Origin: an uncultured Gemmatimonadales bacterium | GTDB lineage: Bacteria > Gemmatimonadota > Gemmatimonadetes > Longimicrobiales > RSA9 | DNA: 64,000 nucleotides | Direction of reading: 5' to 3' | Assembly (NCBI GenBank): GCA_963708135.1 | Contig: OY970192.1 | Coordinates: forward strand, 4,128,001-4,192,000 | In this document: positions 1-11,000 of the stretch, piece after piece | Numbering within the stretch: the stretch's first letter is position 1 | Layout: every line of letters begins with the position of its first letter | Program-made: the position numbers and the translations under genes | The notes under the pieces: generated by a model | What the model was told of the DNA's origin: nothing | Databases searched by the model: none | Seen by the model: only the letters and a program-made list of their open reading frames with translations

Positions 1-1162
1 GCGCGTGGCGCCCCGCCTCACCGCCGGCTTCACGCCCGACTTCATCGGCCGCGACGACGGGCTGCCCGGGCTCCGGCGCGCCTACGGCCTGCACTTCGGC
101 GCCGTGCACTCGCTGCTTCAGGCGGTCAAGTACCGCGCGCTCGCGACGGGCAAGGTGGACGTCATCGACGGCTACTCCACGGACGGGCTCATCGCGCGCT
201 ACCACCTGGTGGTGCTCGCCGACGACCGCCACTTCTTCCCGCCCTACCAGGCCGCCGCGCTCGTCGGCCGCGGGCTGGCCGCGAATGCCCGCGCCGTGGC
301 GGCCCTGACCGAGCTCAGCGGCCGGCTCGACGAGGCCCGCGTCCGGGCGTGGAACGAGCGCATCGAGGTCCGCGGCGAGCCCGCCTCGCGGGTGGCGGCC
401 GACGCACTCGCCGAGGCGGGGGTGTGGGGCTTCCTCGCTGCCGCGCCGCCCGCGGCGGGCGCGACCCCGCCCGGCGGAACGCCCGGCCCGGCGGCCGCAG
501 CGAGACCGGCGGAGCGCGAGAGGGGCGCGGCGGGATTCGTCGCATACCTGTGGGAGCGCCGGGCAACGCTCCTCCGGCTGGCGCTGCGCCACCTCCTGCT
601 CGTGGCGATCTCTCTCGCCGCGGCGATCGCGGTGGCGGTGCCGCTCGGACTGGCGCTCGAGCGGGCCCGGCGCGGCGCGGAAGCGGTGATCCGGGCGGCC
701 GCGGCGCTGGAGACCGTGCCGGGCATCGCGCTGCTCGCCTTCATGATCCCGCTGCTCGGAATCGGCGTCGTGCCCGCGCTCGTCGCGCTGTTCCTCTACT
801 CGATCTACCCGATCCTGCGCAACACCTACACCGGCGTGCGGGACGCGGCGCCGGAAGCGGTGCGCGCCGCCGAGGCCCTCGGCATGACGCCGCTCCAGCG
901 CCTCCGCTACGTGCGGCTGCCGCTCGCCGCCCCCGTGATCATGGCGGGCATCCGCACCGCCGCCGTGCTGGACGTCGGGACCGCCACGCTCGCGGCCTTC
1001 ATCGGCGCGGGCGGCCTCGGCGATCCGATCGTGGCGGGACTCGCGCTCTCCGACACGCGCATGATCCTGTCCGGCGCGATCCCTGCGGCGCTGCTCGCGC
1101 TGCTCGTCGATGCCGTGCTCGCGCTGTGCGAGCGTGCCACGCGGCCAGGCGGGCTGGCGTGA
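1..1162 (+). CDS. Osmoprotectant (glycine betaine/choline) ABC transporter, substrate-binding domain fused to permease; 5' end outside window
   Basis: OpuAC-like VDVIDGYSTDG...DDRHFFPPY motif followed by a permease with the EAA loop (AAEALGMTPLQRLRYVRLPLA) and IGAGGLG. Confidence 0.85.
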   Translation, partial: RVAPRLTAGFTPDFIGRDDGLPGLRRAYGLHFGAVHSLLQAVKYRALATGKVDVIDGYSTDGLIARYHLVVLADDRHFFPPYQAAALVGRGLAANARAVAALTELSGRLDEARVRAWNERIEVRGEPASRVAADALAEAGVWGFLAAAPPAAGATPPGGTPGPAAAARPAERERGAAGFVAYLWERRATLLRLALRHLLLVAISLAAAIAVAVPLGLALERARRGAEAVIRAAAALETVPGIALLAFMIPLLGIGVVPALVALFLYSIYPILRNTYTGVRDAAPEAVRAAEALGMTPLQRLRYVRLPLAAPVIMAGIRTAAVLDVGTATLAAFIGAGGLGDPIVAGLALSDTRMILSGAIPAALLALLVDAVLALCERATRPGGLA

Positions 1163-1287
1163 CCCCGGGAAGCCGCGCCGTTGCTGCCGGCCCCCGGCCC
1201 CGGCAGATTCTTCGCCGGTGGGGCGTCGGCCCCGCTATCGACCATTTCGCGGCCCGAGCAGCGCGGCCGCTCCCCGGGGAGGATGAC

Positions 1288-2133
1288 GTGGAGGACCAGG
1301 ACCTGTTCCAGGAGGGCGTCCCCTACGGCCGTACCGTGGCCGAGCGCTTCGAGCGGCGCGTGCAGATGAACGTGCCGGACCGCCGCAACCCGAAGCTGCG
1401 CGGGTTCGTCGAGCGCGCCAACACGGATGACGAGCTGTACGCGCTCTGGCTCGCGGTCAACGTGAACGCGATCGAGCGGCTCGGGATGACCGACCACGGC
1501 CCCGTGCACGTGAAGATCGTCATGAACATCGCCGTGAAGCTGCTACGGCTGCTCGTGGATGCCGGCATCGAGCCGTCCGTGGTGAAGAACTACGGCCTCT
1601 CGAGCGGCGATGGCGAGGTGATCGTGGCCGCCGCCTCGCTGCTCCACGACCTCGGCATGTCCATCCACCGCGCCGACCACGAGGGCTACTCGCTCTTCAT
1701 CGCGCAGGAGAAGCTGCGCGGGCTCCTCAATGGTCTCTACGACGTGCCCACCGCCACGATCGTCCGCTCCGAGATCCTGCACGCGATCATCGCCCACCGC
1801 TCGGGCGGCAAGCCGCTCACCATCGAGGCGGGCGTAGTGCGGGTCGCCGATGCGCTCGACATGGCCAAGGGGCGCTCGCGCATCCCCTTCGAGGCCGGCT
1901 CGACCAGCATCCACTCGATCTCCGCCTCCGCCATCGAGGCGGTCCACATCGAGGCGGGCGAGTCGAAGCCCGTCCGCCTGCGCGTGGACATGTCGAACTC
2001 CGCCGGCGTCTTCCAGCTCGACCAGCTCTTCCGCGACAAGCTCGCCGGCAGCGGCCTCGAGGACTTCATCGAGCTCGAGGCCAAGCTCGAGGGCGAGGGC
2101 GAGCGCCGCCTGTTTCACGAGTTCCGGCTCTAG
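1288..2133 (+). CDS. HD-domain metal-dependent phosphohydrolase
   Basis: DHGPVH, LLHDLG, IIAH and VADALD motifs; GTG start at 1288 with GGAGG RBS at 1278-1282. Confidence 0.85.
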   Translation: MEDQDLFQEGVPYGRTVAERFERRVQMNVPDRRNPKLRGFVERANTDDELYALWLAVNVNAIERLGMTDHGPVHVKIVMNIAVKLLRLLVDAGIEPSVVKNYGLSSGDGEVIVAAASLLHDLGMSIHRADHEGYSLFIAQEKLRGLLNGLYDVPTATIVRSEILHAIIAHRSGGKPLTIEAGVVRVADALDMAKGRSRIPFEAGSTSIHSISASAIEAVHIEAGESKPVRLRVDMSNSAGVFQLDQLFRDKLAGSGLEDFIELEAKLEGEGERRLFHEFRL

Positions 2134-2232
2134 CCGCCACCCAACGCTGCCGGCGTCCCGCTTGTAGGATGCGTATCCGGCCGTGCGGCTCCCGTCGCCC
2201 GGCCCGCAGCACCGTGTCTCCGGAGAACGACC

Positions 2233-5200
2233 ATGCCCGCCGCCCCGGCGAGGTCCCGCTGGTCCGCCGCAGCCAGGTCCGGCCTCGCCCTCGCCGGCTG
2301 TACCGCCCTGCTGCTCCTTGCAGCCACCGGCACGCTGAGCGCCCAGAACGCGGACCTGATCACCGGCCGCATCGTCGATGACGCCGGACGCCCGGTGCCC
2401 GGGGCCCGCGTCACGGCGATGTCCATCGAGTCCGAGATCACCCGCTCGGTCCTGACCGACGCCAGCGGCCGCTACGTCATCGACTTCCCCGACGGCGGCG
2501 GGCGCTACGTGCTCCGCGTCTCCTTCCTCGGCATGGCCGACGTCACGCGTACCCTCGTCCGCGAGGGCAGCGAGGAGCTGCTGCTCGCCAACATCACCCT
2601 CTCCTCGGAGCCGATCACGCTCGACTCCCTCCGCGTCACGGCGCGCCGGCCCCCGCCCGGCCGAGGGAACGCCGGCGAGCGGTCCACGAGCCTCACGCAG
2701 GACATGCTCAACCGGCTGCCGCTGCCCGACCTGGATCCCAACACCCTCGCGCAGCTCGCCGCCGGCGTGGTCTCGACGCAGCTCGATTCGCTGAGCGGTC
2801 AGATGGGCTTCTCGGTGGCGGGCATGAGCGACATGCTGAACCAGGTCCTGCTCGACGGCATGATCCTCGGCGAGAGCGGGCTCCAGGTGCCGCAGGAGGG
2901 GATCCGCCGAACGCAGGTAACCACCAGCACCTTCGACGCATCGCGCGGCGGGTTCGCCGGCGGGCAGGTCTCGATGACCTCCGCCCGCGGCAACAACCGG
3001 CCCGGTGGCGCGCTCTCCTACCAGCTGAACAACAGCGCGCTGCAGCTCGGCTCCTCCTCCACCGTCAACGCCTTCACGCGCCAGAACCTCGGCGGCGCGT
3101 TCGGCGGGCCGGCGCTGCGCGATCGCCTCTTCTACAACGTCGCCTTCGGGCTCCAGCGAAACGTGGACCACCGGTTCGCCATCGCGCCCGGCGACCCGAC
3201 CGCCGCGCTGCGGGCCGGCGTGGCGCTCGACTCGATCGACCGCTTCATCACCGCGCTCGAGAGCTTCCAGGTCCCCGTCGCGCCCGACGGACGCTACGAC
3301 CAGCTGCGCGACCAGCTCTCGCTGCAGCTGCGCGCCGACTGGAACGCCGTCGAGCGGCAGTCTCAGGCGCATACCCTCTCGCTGCGCCTGAACACCTCGT
3401 CCAACGACCAGGACAGCACCCGCATCAACACCCTCGACCTCGCGCAGCACGGAGGCGACACCGGGGCGCACAACCGCGCCGCCGCCCTGACGCTCGACTC
3501 CCGCCTCGGCTCCACCCTCACGAGCGAGCTCGCCGCCTCCTACAACGAGGGTTGGAACGACGCCGTACCTTACGTTGCCATGCCCGAGGGGCGGGTCCGC
3601 GTCACGTCCCAGCTCCCGGACGCCACGGCCGGCACGCAGACGCTCGTCTTCGGCGGCAACCGCAACATGCCGACGGACGCGTACCGCAGGAACCTGCAGC
3701 TCTCCGAGGACCTCTCCTTCCTGCTGCCAATGGGCGCGGAGCTGCACCGGATCAAGCTCGGCGGGACGCTCCAGAAGAGCCGCAGCATCCAGCGCTCGAC
3801 GACCGATCTGCTCGGCTCCTTCACCTTCAACTCGATCGCGGACTTCGAGGCCGACCGGCCCGCGCGCTACGACCGCTCGCTCGCGCCACAGGACACGCGC
3901 ACGGGCACGTTCACCGGCGGGCTCTACCTCGGGGACACCTGGCGCGTGAGCGAGCCGCTCGAGATCACCGCCGGGCTGCGCTGGGACTACTCGCGCCTGG
4001 ACGACCGGCCGGCCCGGAACCCCGCTGTCGAGCAGGCCTTCCGCCGCCGTACGGACGTGGCGCCCGTCGCCTCCACGCTCAGCCCGCGCCTCGGCTTCAA
4101 CTACGTGCTCGGCAGCGGGGGCGGCCTGCGCAGCGGCCGCGTGCTGAGCGGCGGGATCGGGCTCTTCGCCGGGCAGCCGCCCACGAGCCTCTTCGCGACC
4201 GCCGTCCGCCAGACCGGGCTGCCGGGCACGGATGCCGTCCTGAGCTGCGTCGGCGGCGCCACGCCGATCCCGGACTGGGCCGCCTACATCACCGATCCGG
4301 CGACGATTCACACCGGCTGCGCCGGCGCCGCGAGCGATCCCGGGCCGCTCTCCTCCGTCGCGCCCACGGTGACGCTCATCGACCCCGCCCAGAAGCTCCC
4401 CACCTCGTTCCGCGCGCAGCTCGGTTACCTGGCGCCGCTGCCGCTGCGCATGACGGGCAGCCTGCAGTATGGCTACGCGCGCGGCCTCGGGCTCTGGGGC
4501 TTTCACGATCTCAACCTCGACGAGGGCCGCAGGTTCACGCTCGCCGACGAGGGACGCCCGTTCTTCGGCCAGCCGGCCGACATCGTGCCGGCTACGGGAC
4601 AGAGCATCCTCGCCGGCTCCCGCGTCGATGATGCGTTCGGCAACGTCTGGGATCTCCGCGCCGACCGCGCCTCCAGCGCGCACCAGCTCATCGCCCAGGT
4701 CTCCGGGATGCTGCCGCACGGCATCACGCTCGTCACGAACTACACGCTCGGCTTCGTGCGCGACCAGGGCTCCGGTTTCCGGCCGCCACCCACCGCCGGC
4801 GACCCGAACGCCGTCCAGTGGGCGCCGGCCGACAACGACCGCCGCCACACCCTCAACGTCACGCTCGCGAAAGCGCTCTCTCCCGAGGTCGAGATCGCCG
4901 CGCTCGGGCGCTTCTTCTCGGGCGCACCCTTCACGCCGATGGTCGGCAGCGACGTGAATGGCGACGGGGCCGCGGACGACCGCGCCTTCGTCTTCGACCC
5001 CGCCGCCGCGCGGGACACCGCGCTGGCCAACGGGATGAGCCGACTCCTCACCTCGCTGCCGGGGCGCACCCATGACTGCCTCGCCTCGCAGCTCGGCCGC
5101 ATCGCCGACCGCAACAGCTGCCGCGGCCCCTGGTCGGCCTCGCTCAACCTGCGCGCCAGCCTCCGGCCCGACCTGCCCCGGCTCCAGCGCCGCCTCACCG

Positions 5201-6450
5201 TCTCCGTCAATGCGCAGAACGTGCTGCAAGGGCTGGATCAGCTCCTCCACGGCGCCAACGGGCTCGCCGGCTGGGGCGAGACGCTCCGCCCCGACACCCG
5301 CCTGCTCAATGTGCGCGGGTTCGATCCCGCGGCGGGCGCCTTCCTCTACCAGGTGAACGAGGACTTCGGCCAGACGCGCCGCGGTCCCAGCGCGATCCGC
5401 AGCCCGTTCACCCTCCGGATCAACGCCCGCCTCACCGTCGGCGGAATCCCCTTCCTCAGCAACCGGGGCTTCGGCAACCCGCCGATGATCGCCTCCGACA
5501 TGGGCGGGGGAGAGGGCAGGCGCGGCGGCTTCGGCGGGCGGGGATTCGGCGCCGGCGGCCTCCCGGGCGGCGGCTTCGCCGGGGGCTTCGGGAGGTTCGG
5601 GGCCGCAGACACCGCCGCGATCAACCCGGACACGATTGCGGCGCACATGCTGTCGAACCCGCTCCGCGGCATCCTGGCGCTGCGTGATTCCCTCGAGCTT
5701 ACGCCCGTGCAGCTCGCCGGCATCACGGCCGTCTCGGACTCCCTCGAGACGCGACTCGACCTGCTGCGCGACAACCTCGCCCGAGCGCTCGCCCGCATCG
5801 ACCTCTCACCGCTGCGCCGGCAGGCCGCCGCCCGCGCCGTGGCTTCCCCGCTCGGCCGCGACTTCGGCGGCCGCGGGCCGGGCGGGCCGGGCGGGCCGGG
5901 TGCCGCGGCCCGAGAGACCATGCAGCGGCTCCAGCGCGCCGCGGCCCCCGCGCTCGACTCGGCACGCGCCGACATCGCGAGCGCCCTCGCCGCCACCCGC
6001 AAGCTGCTTCAGCCGGCACAGTGGGATGCGCTGCCGTTCGCCCTGCGCCTGCCCGCCGCGTCCGGAGCCGCTGCCGGCGGCCGCGGCTTCAATGCGCTCG
6101 GCCTCATCGACCGCATGCTGGCCAACCCGATCCCCGTGCTGCTCGAGCTCCGGGACACGATCGGGCTGAACACGGAACAGGTCGCCCGCATCCAGGCCAT
6201 CTCGGCGAAGCTCGATGCGAAGCTCGCCCGACAGCGGGAAGCACTCGGCCGCCGCTTCGACAACACCGCCGCTGCCGACCAGGGACGGCTCTTCTCCGAG
6301 ATCCAGCCCGCCATCCAGGCCACCCGTCAGGATGTCCTGAACGCGCTCCAGGACGTGCGGAAGGTGCTGACCCCGAAGCAGTGGCTCGAGCTGCCGCCCG
6401 AGGTGACGGCGCCCTTCCAGCGCCGGCCCGGCGGCCGCCGCGCCGGTTGA
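2233..6450 (+). CDS. TonB-dependent-receptor-like outer-membrane protein with N-terminal carboxypeptidase-regulatory-like domain and long helical C-terminal extension
   Basis: Signal peptide; ITGRIVDDAGRPVPGARV; plug-like FDASRGGFAGG; barrel-like YLGDTWRV...ITAGLRWDY and LSPRLGFNY. Confidence 0.75.
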   Translation: MPAAPARSRWSAAARSGLALAGCTALLLLAATGTLSAQNADLITGRIVDDAGRPVPGARVTAMSIESEITRSVLTDASGRYVIDFPDGGGRYVLRVSFLGMADVTRTLVREGSEELLLANITLSSEPITLDSLRVTARRPPPGRGNAGERSTSLTQDMLNRLPLPDLDPNTLAQLAAGVVSTQLDSLSGQMGFSVAGMSDMLNQVLLDGMILGESGLQVPQEGIRRTQVTTSTFDASRGGFAGGQVSMTSARGNNRPGGALSYQLNNSALQLGSSSTVNAFTRQNLGGAFGGPALRDRLFYNVAFGLQRNVDHRFAIAPGDPTAALRAGVALDSIDRFITALESFQVPVAPDGRYDQLRDQLSLQLRADWNAVERQSQAHTLSLRLNTSSNDQDSTRINTLDLAQHGGDTGAHNRAAALTLDSRLGSTLTSELAASYNEGWNDAVPYVAMPEGRVRVTSQLPDATAGTQTLVFGGNRNMPTDAYRRNLQLSEDLSFLLPMGAELHRIKLGGTLQKSRSIQRSTTDLLGSFTFNSIADFEADRPARYDRSLAPQDTRTGTFTGGLYLGDTWRVSEPLEITAGLRWDYSRLDDRPARNPAVEQAFRRRTDVAPVASTLSPRLGFNYVLGSGGGLRSGRVLSGGIGLFAGQPPTSLFATAVRQTGLPGTDAVLSCVGGATPIPDWAAYITDPATIHTGCAGAASDPGPLSSVAPTVTLIDPAQKLPTSFRAQLGYLAPLPLRMTGSLQYGYARGLGLWGFHDLNLDEGRRFTLADEGRPFFGQPADIVPATGQSILAGSRVDDAFGNVWDLRADRASSAHQLIAQVSGMLPHGITLVTNYTLGFVRDQGSGFRPPPTAGDPNAVQWAPADNDRRHTLNVTLAKALSPEVEIAALGRFFSGAPFTPMVGSDVNGDGAADDRAFVFDPAAARDTALANGMSRLLTSLPGRTHDCLASQLGRIADRNSCRGPWSASLNLRASLRPDLPRLQRRLTVSVNAQNVLQGLDQLLHGANGLAGWGETLRPDTRLLNVRGFDPAAGAFLYQVNEDFGQTRRGPSAIRSPFTLRINARLTVGGIPFLSNRGFGNPPMIASDMGGGEGRRGGFGGRGFGAGGLPGGGFAGGFGRFGAADTAAINPDTIAAHMLSNPLRGILALRDSLELTPVQLAGITAVSDSLETRLDLLRDNLARALARIDLSPLRRQAAARAVASPLGRDFGGRGPGGPGGPGAAARETMQRLQRAAAPALDSARADIASALAATRKLLQPAQWDALPFALRLPAASGAAAGGRGFNALGLIDRMLANPIPVLLELRDTIGLNTEQVARIQAISAKLDAKLARQREALGRRFDNTAAADQGRLFSEIQPAIQATRQDVLNALQDVRKVLTPKQWLELPPEVTAPFQRRPGGRRAG

Positions 6451-6600
6451 ACGGGACGCAGAGACCGGCGCGGCCGTTTCGTCCGGGCAACGCTCGGCGG
6501 GGCCGCCCCTCCGGGCGCGCGCGCCAACACCAACCACGGCTCGGCGCGCCCCCGGCGCGGACGGAGCGGCCGCGGCCGTTCTGCCGCGGCGCCCGCTGCG

Positions 6601-6629
6601 TTGCATTTCACCGCTCGTTTGAGTATCTT
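6601..6629 (+). promoter_or_regulatory. sigma70-type promoter of the DEAD-box helicase gene
   Basis: TTGCAT-17 nt-TATCTT in an AT-richer patch. Confidence 0.6.
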
Positions 6630-6771
6630 TTCATCTGGGACAATGTGAGGCCGGGCAGCCGTATCGACCTGGATCCCGGGCGCCACTGGCGCCGGCCGGT
6701 CGGACGCGGTTCCCGGCCTCACGCGTGATGGCCACCTCGGATGGCGGCCGATACTCGTTTCAGGAGAACGT

Positions 6772-8010
6772 ATGACATTCAGGGAGCTCACGACGGCTCC
6801 GCATCTGCTGGAGGCGATCGAGGACCTGGGTTGGACGGAGCCGACGCCGATCCAGGAGAAGGCGATTCCGCTGGCACGGACCGGAAGAGACGTGGTCGGG
6901 ATCGCGCAGACGGGGACGGGCAAGACGGCGGCGTTTCTGCTTCCGGCGCTGGAGAAGCAGCTCGGCGCGGACGGCCTGTGCACTCTGGTGATCTGTCCCA
7001 CACGCGAGCTCGCGCAGCAGGTCGCGGCCGATGCGCGCGATCTCACGCGCCACACCGACCTCTGGGTCGGCGAGGTGATGGGCGGGATGCCGATGCGGCG
7101 GGAGGTCAGGGACCTGCGGGCCGGATTCGATGTGCTCGTCGCCACGCCCGGCCGGCTGCTGGATCACCTCGAGCGAGGCAACGTCCGGCTCGACGAGCTG
7201 CAGACGCTCGTGCTGGACGAGGCGGACCGGATGCTCGACATGGGGTTCCGCCCGCAGATCGAGGCGATCCTCGGATACGTGCCGAAGGTGCGCCAGACGC
7301 TGTTCTTCTCCGCCACGATGCCCAATGGTGTGCACGCGCTCGCGCTACGGATCCTGAACGATCCCGAATGGATCGCGGTGACGCCGCAGGCCACGGCGGC
7401 GGACGGGATCGAGCAGGTCGTGTACTCCGTGCGGCGCGAGCGGAAGCGGGATCTGCTGCTCGACCTGCTCTCCCAGCCCGACTGGGACCAGGTGCTCGTC
7501 TTCACGCGCACGAAGCACGGCGCCGACGTGCTGGGCGCGCAGCTCGCGGCGGCCGGCATCGAGGTCACGGTACTTCACGGGGACCGTGACATGCGGCAGC
7601 GGAAGGGCGCGCTGCACGAGTTTGCTGAGCGCAACGTGCGCGTGCTCGTGGCCACGGATGTGGCACAGCGCGGGCTGGACATCGAGGGGATCAGCCACGT
7701 CGTCAACTACGACACGCCGCGCGACCCCGAGGACTACATCCACCGCATCGGCCGGACCGGCCGGGCGGGCGCGACGGGAACGGCCGTCACGTTCATGACC
7801 GGCGGAGAGCTGGCGCAGGTACACGACATCGAGCGCCTGCTCGGCGAGCGCATCCAGCGCGTGTCGCTGCCGGAGTACGACTACGCGGGTGGCGGCGATG
7901 CTCCGATCCGCCCGTCGGTGCAGGTCAACCGGACCGGCAGCCGGCTCGGCTCGCGCCGGGCCGAGGAGCTCACGCCGGAGCAGCTCAAGGAGCTGCTGAA
8001 GGTCGGCTGA
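6772..8010 (+). CDS. DEAD-box ATP-dependent RNA helicase (RhlE-like)
   Basis: Q motif PTPIQ, AQTGTGKT, PTRELA, TPGR, DEAD, SAT, HRIGRTGR; AGGAG RBS. Confidence 0.93.
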   Translation: MTFRELTTAPHLLEAIEDLGWTEPTPIQEKAIPLARTGRDVVGIAQTGTGKTAAFLLPALEKQLGADGLCTLVICPTRELAQQVAADARDLTRHTDLWVGEVMGGMPMRREVRDLRAGFDVLVATPGRLLDHLERGNVRLDELQTLVLDEADRMLDMGFRPQIEAILGYVPKVRQTLFFSATMPNGVHALALRILNDPEWIAVTPQATAADGIEQVVYSVRRERKRDLLLDLLSQPDWDQVLVFTRTKHGADVLGAQLAAAGIEVTVLHGDRDMRQRKGALHEFAERNVRVLVATDVAQRGLDIEGISHVVNYDTPRDPEDYIHRIGRTGRAGATGTAVTFMTGGELAQVHDIERLLGERIQRVSLPEYDYAGGGDAPIRPSVQVNRTGSRLGSRRAEELTPEQLKELLKVG

Positions 8011-8019
8011 GGCACCCCA

Positions 8020-11000
8020 TCACCCCGGCGGCGCCCGGACCGCGTCCGGAGCCGCCGGCCGGCCCAGGGCGGCGCGTACGGCCAGGGTCAGCCCTTCCGG
8101 CGTGAAGGGTTTCTGCAGGAAACCAGCCTCCGCCTCGATCGGATCCTGTCGGCTCGCCTCGTCGGTGTACCCGGACATGTAGAGCACTCGCATCTCGGGC
8201 CGGTGCGGCCGCAGCCGCTGGGCCAGCTCGCGGCCGCCCACGTGCGGCATGATGATGTCCGTCAGCAGCAGATGGATCGGCCCCTCGTGGCCATCCGCGA
8301 TGCGCAACGCCGTCACCCCGTCGTCGGCCACCAGCACCTGGTAGCCGTCGCGCTCCATCAGCTTCCGCACGAGCGCGCGCACCGCCGGCTCGTCCTCCGC
8401 CACGAGCACGGTCTCCCCGCCTCGCGGCCTGGTCGCCGGTCCGCTGGCGTCCGTCGGCGCCGCTGCCTCCTCGACCCGCGGGAGCCAGATGGTGAACGTC
8501 GAGCCACGCCCCGGCACACTGTCCACGTCGATCACGCCATCGCTCTGCTTCACGATCCCGTAGACGGTCGACAGGCCGAGCCCGGTGCCCTTTCCCTGCT
8601 CCTTGGTGGTGAAGAACGGCTCGAACGCCCTCCGCTGCACCTCCTCCGACATCCCGCTCCCGGTGTCGCTGACCTGGAGCCGCACGTACGGTCCGGGGGC
8701 GATCGGCGGCGCGAGCCGCGCCGCCTCCGCCGCGTCGACCTCCACCGCCTCCGTCCGGATACGCAGCACACCGCCGGTCGGCATGGCGTCTCGCGCGTTC
8801 ACCGCCAGATTCAGGAGCACCTGCTCGAGCTGGCTCCGGTCCGCCCTCACCCGCCCCGCGTCCACCCCCTCGGTCACCAGCCGGATCTGCTCGCCGATCA
8901 GTCGGCCGAGCATCCGCTCCATCTCGGCCACCACGTGGTGGGGGTCGAGCACGCGCGGCTGCAGCACCTGTCGTCGGCTGAAGGCGAGAAGTTGCCGCGT
9001 GAGCGACGCCGCCCGTTCCGCCGCCTTCACGACCTCCTGCAGGTCCGGCTGGACCGGGCTGTCCTCCGGCAGCGTCTCGCGCACGAGGTCGGCGTGGCCC
9101 TGGATCGCCGTGAGCAAATTGTTGAAGTCGTGCGCCACGCCGCCCGCGAGCTGGCCGACCGCCTCCATCTTCTGGGCCTGCCGGAGCTGCTCCTCGCTCG
9201 AGCGCAGCGCCGCCTCGGCCTCCAGCCGCTCCGAGATGTCGCGGCCATGGGACACGACCCCAGCCACGGAGGGGACGTGCAGCAGGTTGTGGCGCACCAC
9301 CTCCATGGTGCGCCAGCCGCCGTCGCCGTGGCGGTAGCGCGCGACCACCGTCAGCTTCCGTCCCGGCTCCTCCATGACGCGGCGGAAGCTCGCCGCCGCG
9401 TGCTCTCGGTCGTCCGGGTGCACGAACTCGCGGAAATTGGCGCCGATCCATGCCGAGGCGGGCACCTCGAGCACGCGCTCGATCGCCGGGCCGACGTAGC
9501 GCAGCCGGCCTTCCGCGTCGCTGACCGTGATCATGTCCGAGGTGTTGTCGATCAGCGAGCGGAAGTACTCCTCGCTCTGGCGCAGCGCCGCCTCCATGCG
9601 CTTGCGCTCCGTGATGTCGTGGAGGATCCCCTGATAGCCGGCCAGCCGCCCGTCCCGGCGGACCGCCGTGGCCGTGAGCAGGCAATGGACCGTCTCGCCG
9701 TCCTTGCGCCGCAGCTCGACCTCCATGTCCCGGACGAAGCCCGGCCCGGCAATGGCGGCCTGGAACAGCTGGCGCGCCTCCGGATCGACGTAGAGATCGG
9801 GCGTCCGCACCGGCGCGGCGTCGGCCCGGCTATAGCCGAGCAGCTCGTAAGCGGCGTCGTTCGCCTCGAGGACCCGCCCTTCCTCATCCGAGAAGAAGAT
9901 CGCGTCGCGCGAGCTCATGAACAGCGCCGCGAAGCGCTCCTCGCTCTCCCGCAGCCGCTTCTCCGCCTCCCGGCGCTCGCTCACGTCGCGCGAGTTCAGC
10001 ACGATCCCGTGCACCACCGGGTCGTGGAGCAGATTCGTGGACGTGACCTCCAGGATCCGGTAGGCGCCGTCGGCGCCGCGCGCGCGCAACTCGACCGTCA
10101 CCGCCGCGCCCGGCGAGGCCAGGATCGTCCGGAACGCCTCGCCCACCCGCGGCAGATCTTCGGGATGCACTACATCGAAGGCCGGCCGGCCCTTCCGCGA
10201 CGCGGGGTCCCATCCGAGCATCCGCTCCATCGCGGGGCTCGAGTACTGGACCGTGCCGTCTTCGTCCAGGATGCTGACCAGGTCCGACGCGTTCTCGATC
10301 AGCGAGCGGAAATACTGCTCGCTCCGCCGCAGCGCCGTCTCCGCCCGCTTCCGCTCCGTCACGTCCCGCACGATGAACTGCAGCTCGCCGGTGGCCAGCC
10401 GGGTCGCGCCGATCTCGGCGGGGAAGCGCGTACCGTCCTTCCGCACCAGGGGCCGCTCCACCACCACCGCCTCGACGCCGATCGACGGCAGGTCCAGGGG
10501 CGCCTGCTCAAGGCTCTCCGGCGCCACCACATCCCCCAGCGTACGGCCGCTCACCTCGTCGCGGCCGAGCCCCAGCATCTCGGCGCCACGCCGGTTCGCC
10601 GCGCGGAACCGCCCGGCGGGATCCGTCAGGAAGATGCCGTCCGAGGCCTGCTCCAGCACCATCCGGTAGCGCGCCTCGCTCTCGCGGAGCGCTTCTTCCG
10701 TCCGGTCCCGTTCCGTCACGTCGCGGATGATGCCCTGATAGCCGAGCACGCCGCCGTCCGCTCCGCGCCGAAGCGTGGACGTGAGAAGGCAGCGCATGAC
10801 GCTCCCGTCCTTCTTCCGGAGCTCCACCGGGAAATCGCGCACCGAGCCGGTCCGCTCGACCGCCTCCTGGAAGCGCGCCCGCTCCTCTTCGCGCACGTAC
10901 AGGCTGGCCGCGCCGCCCGCGATCTGCTCGGGGCTGAACAGCTCCAGCGCCGCGTCGTTCATCTCGAGGATGCCGCCGTCCCGCGAGGTGATGTAGACCG

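Noticed and set aside
349..1287. Long N-terminal extension of the HD protein
   Set aside because: Overlaps the ABC permease in another frame; GTG 1288 has a clear RBS
1543..5646. 1367-aa minus-strand ORF (likewise 8203-11454 +, 57839-60877 +, 39442-41331 - and similar)
   Set aside because: Antisense shadow ORFs of real high-GC genes; no motifs
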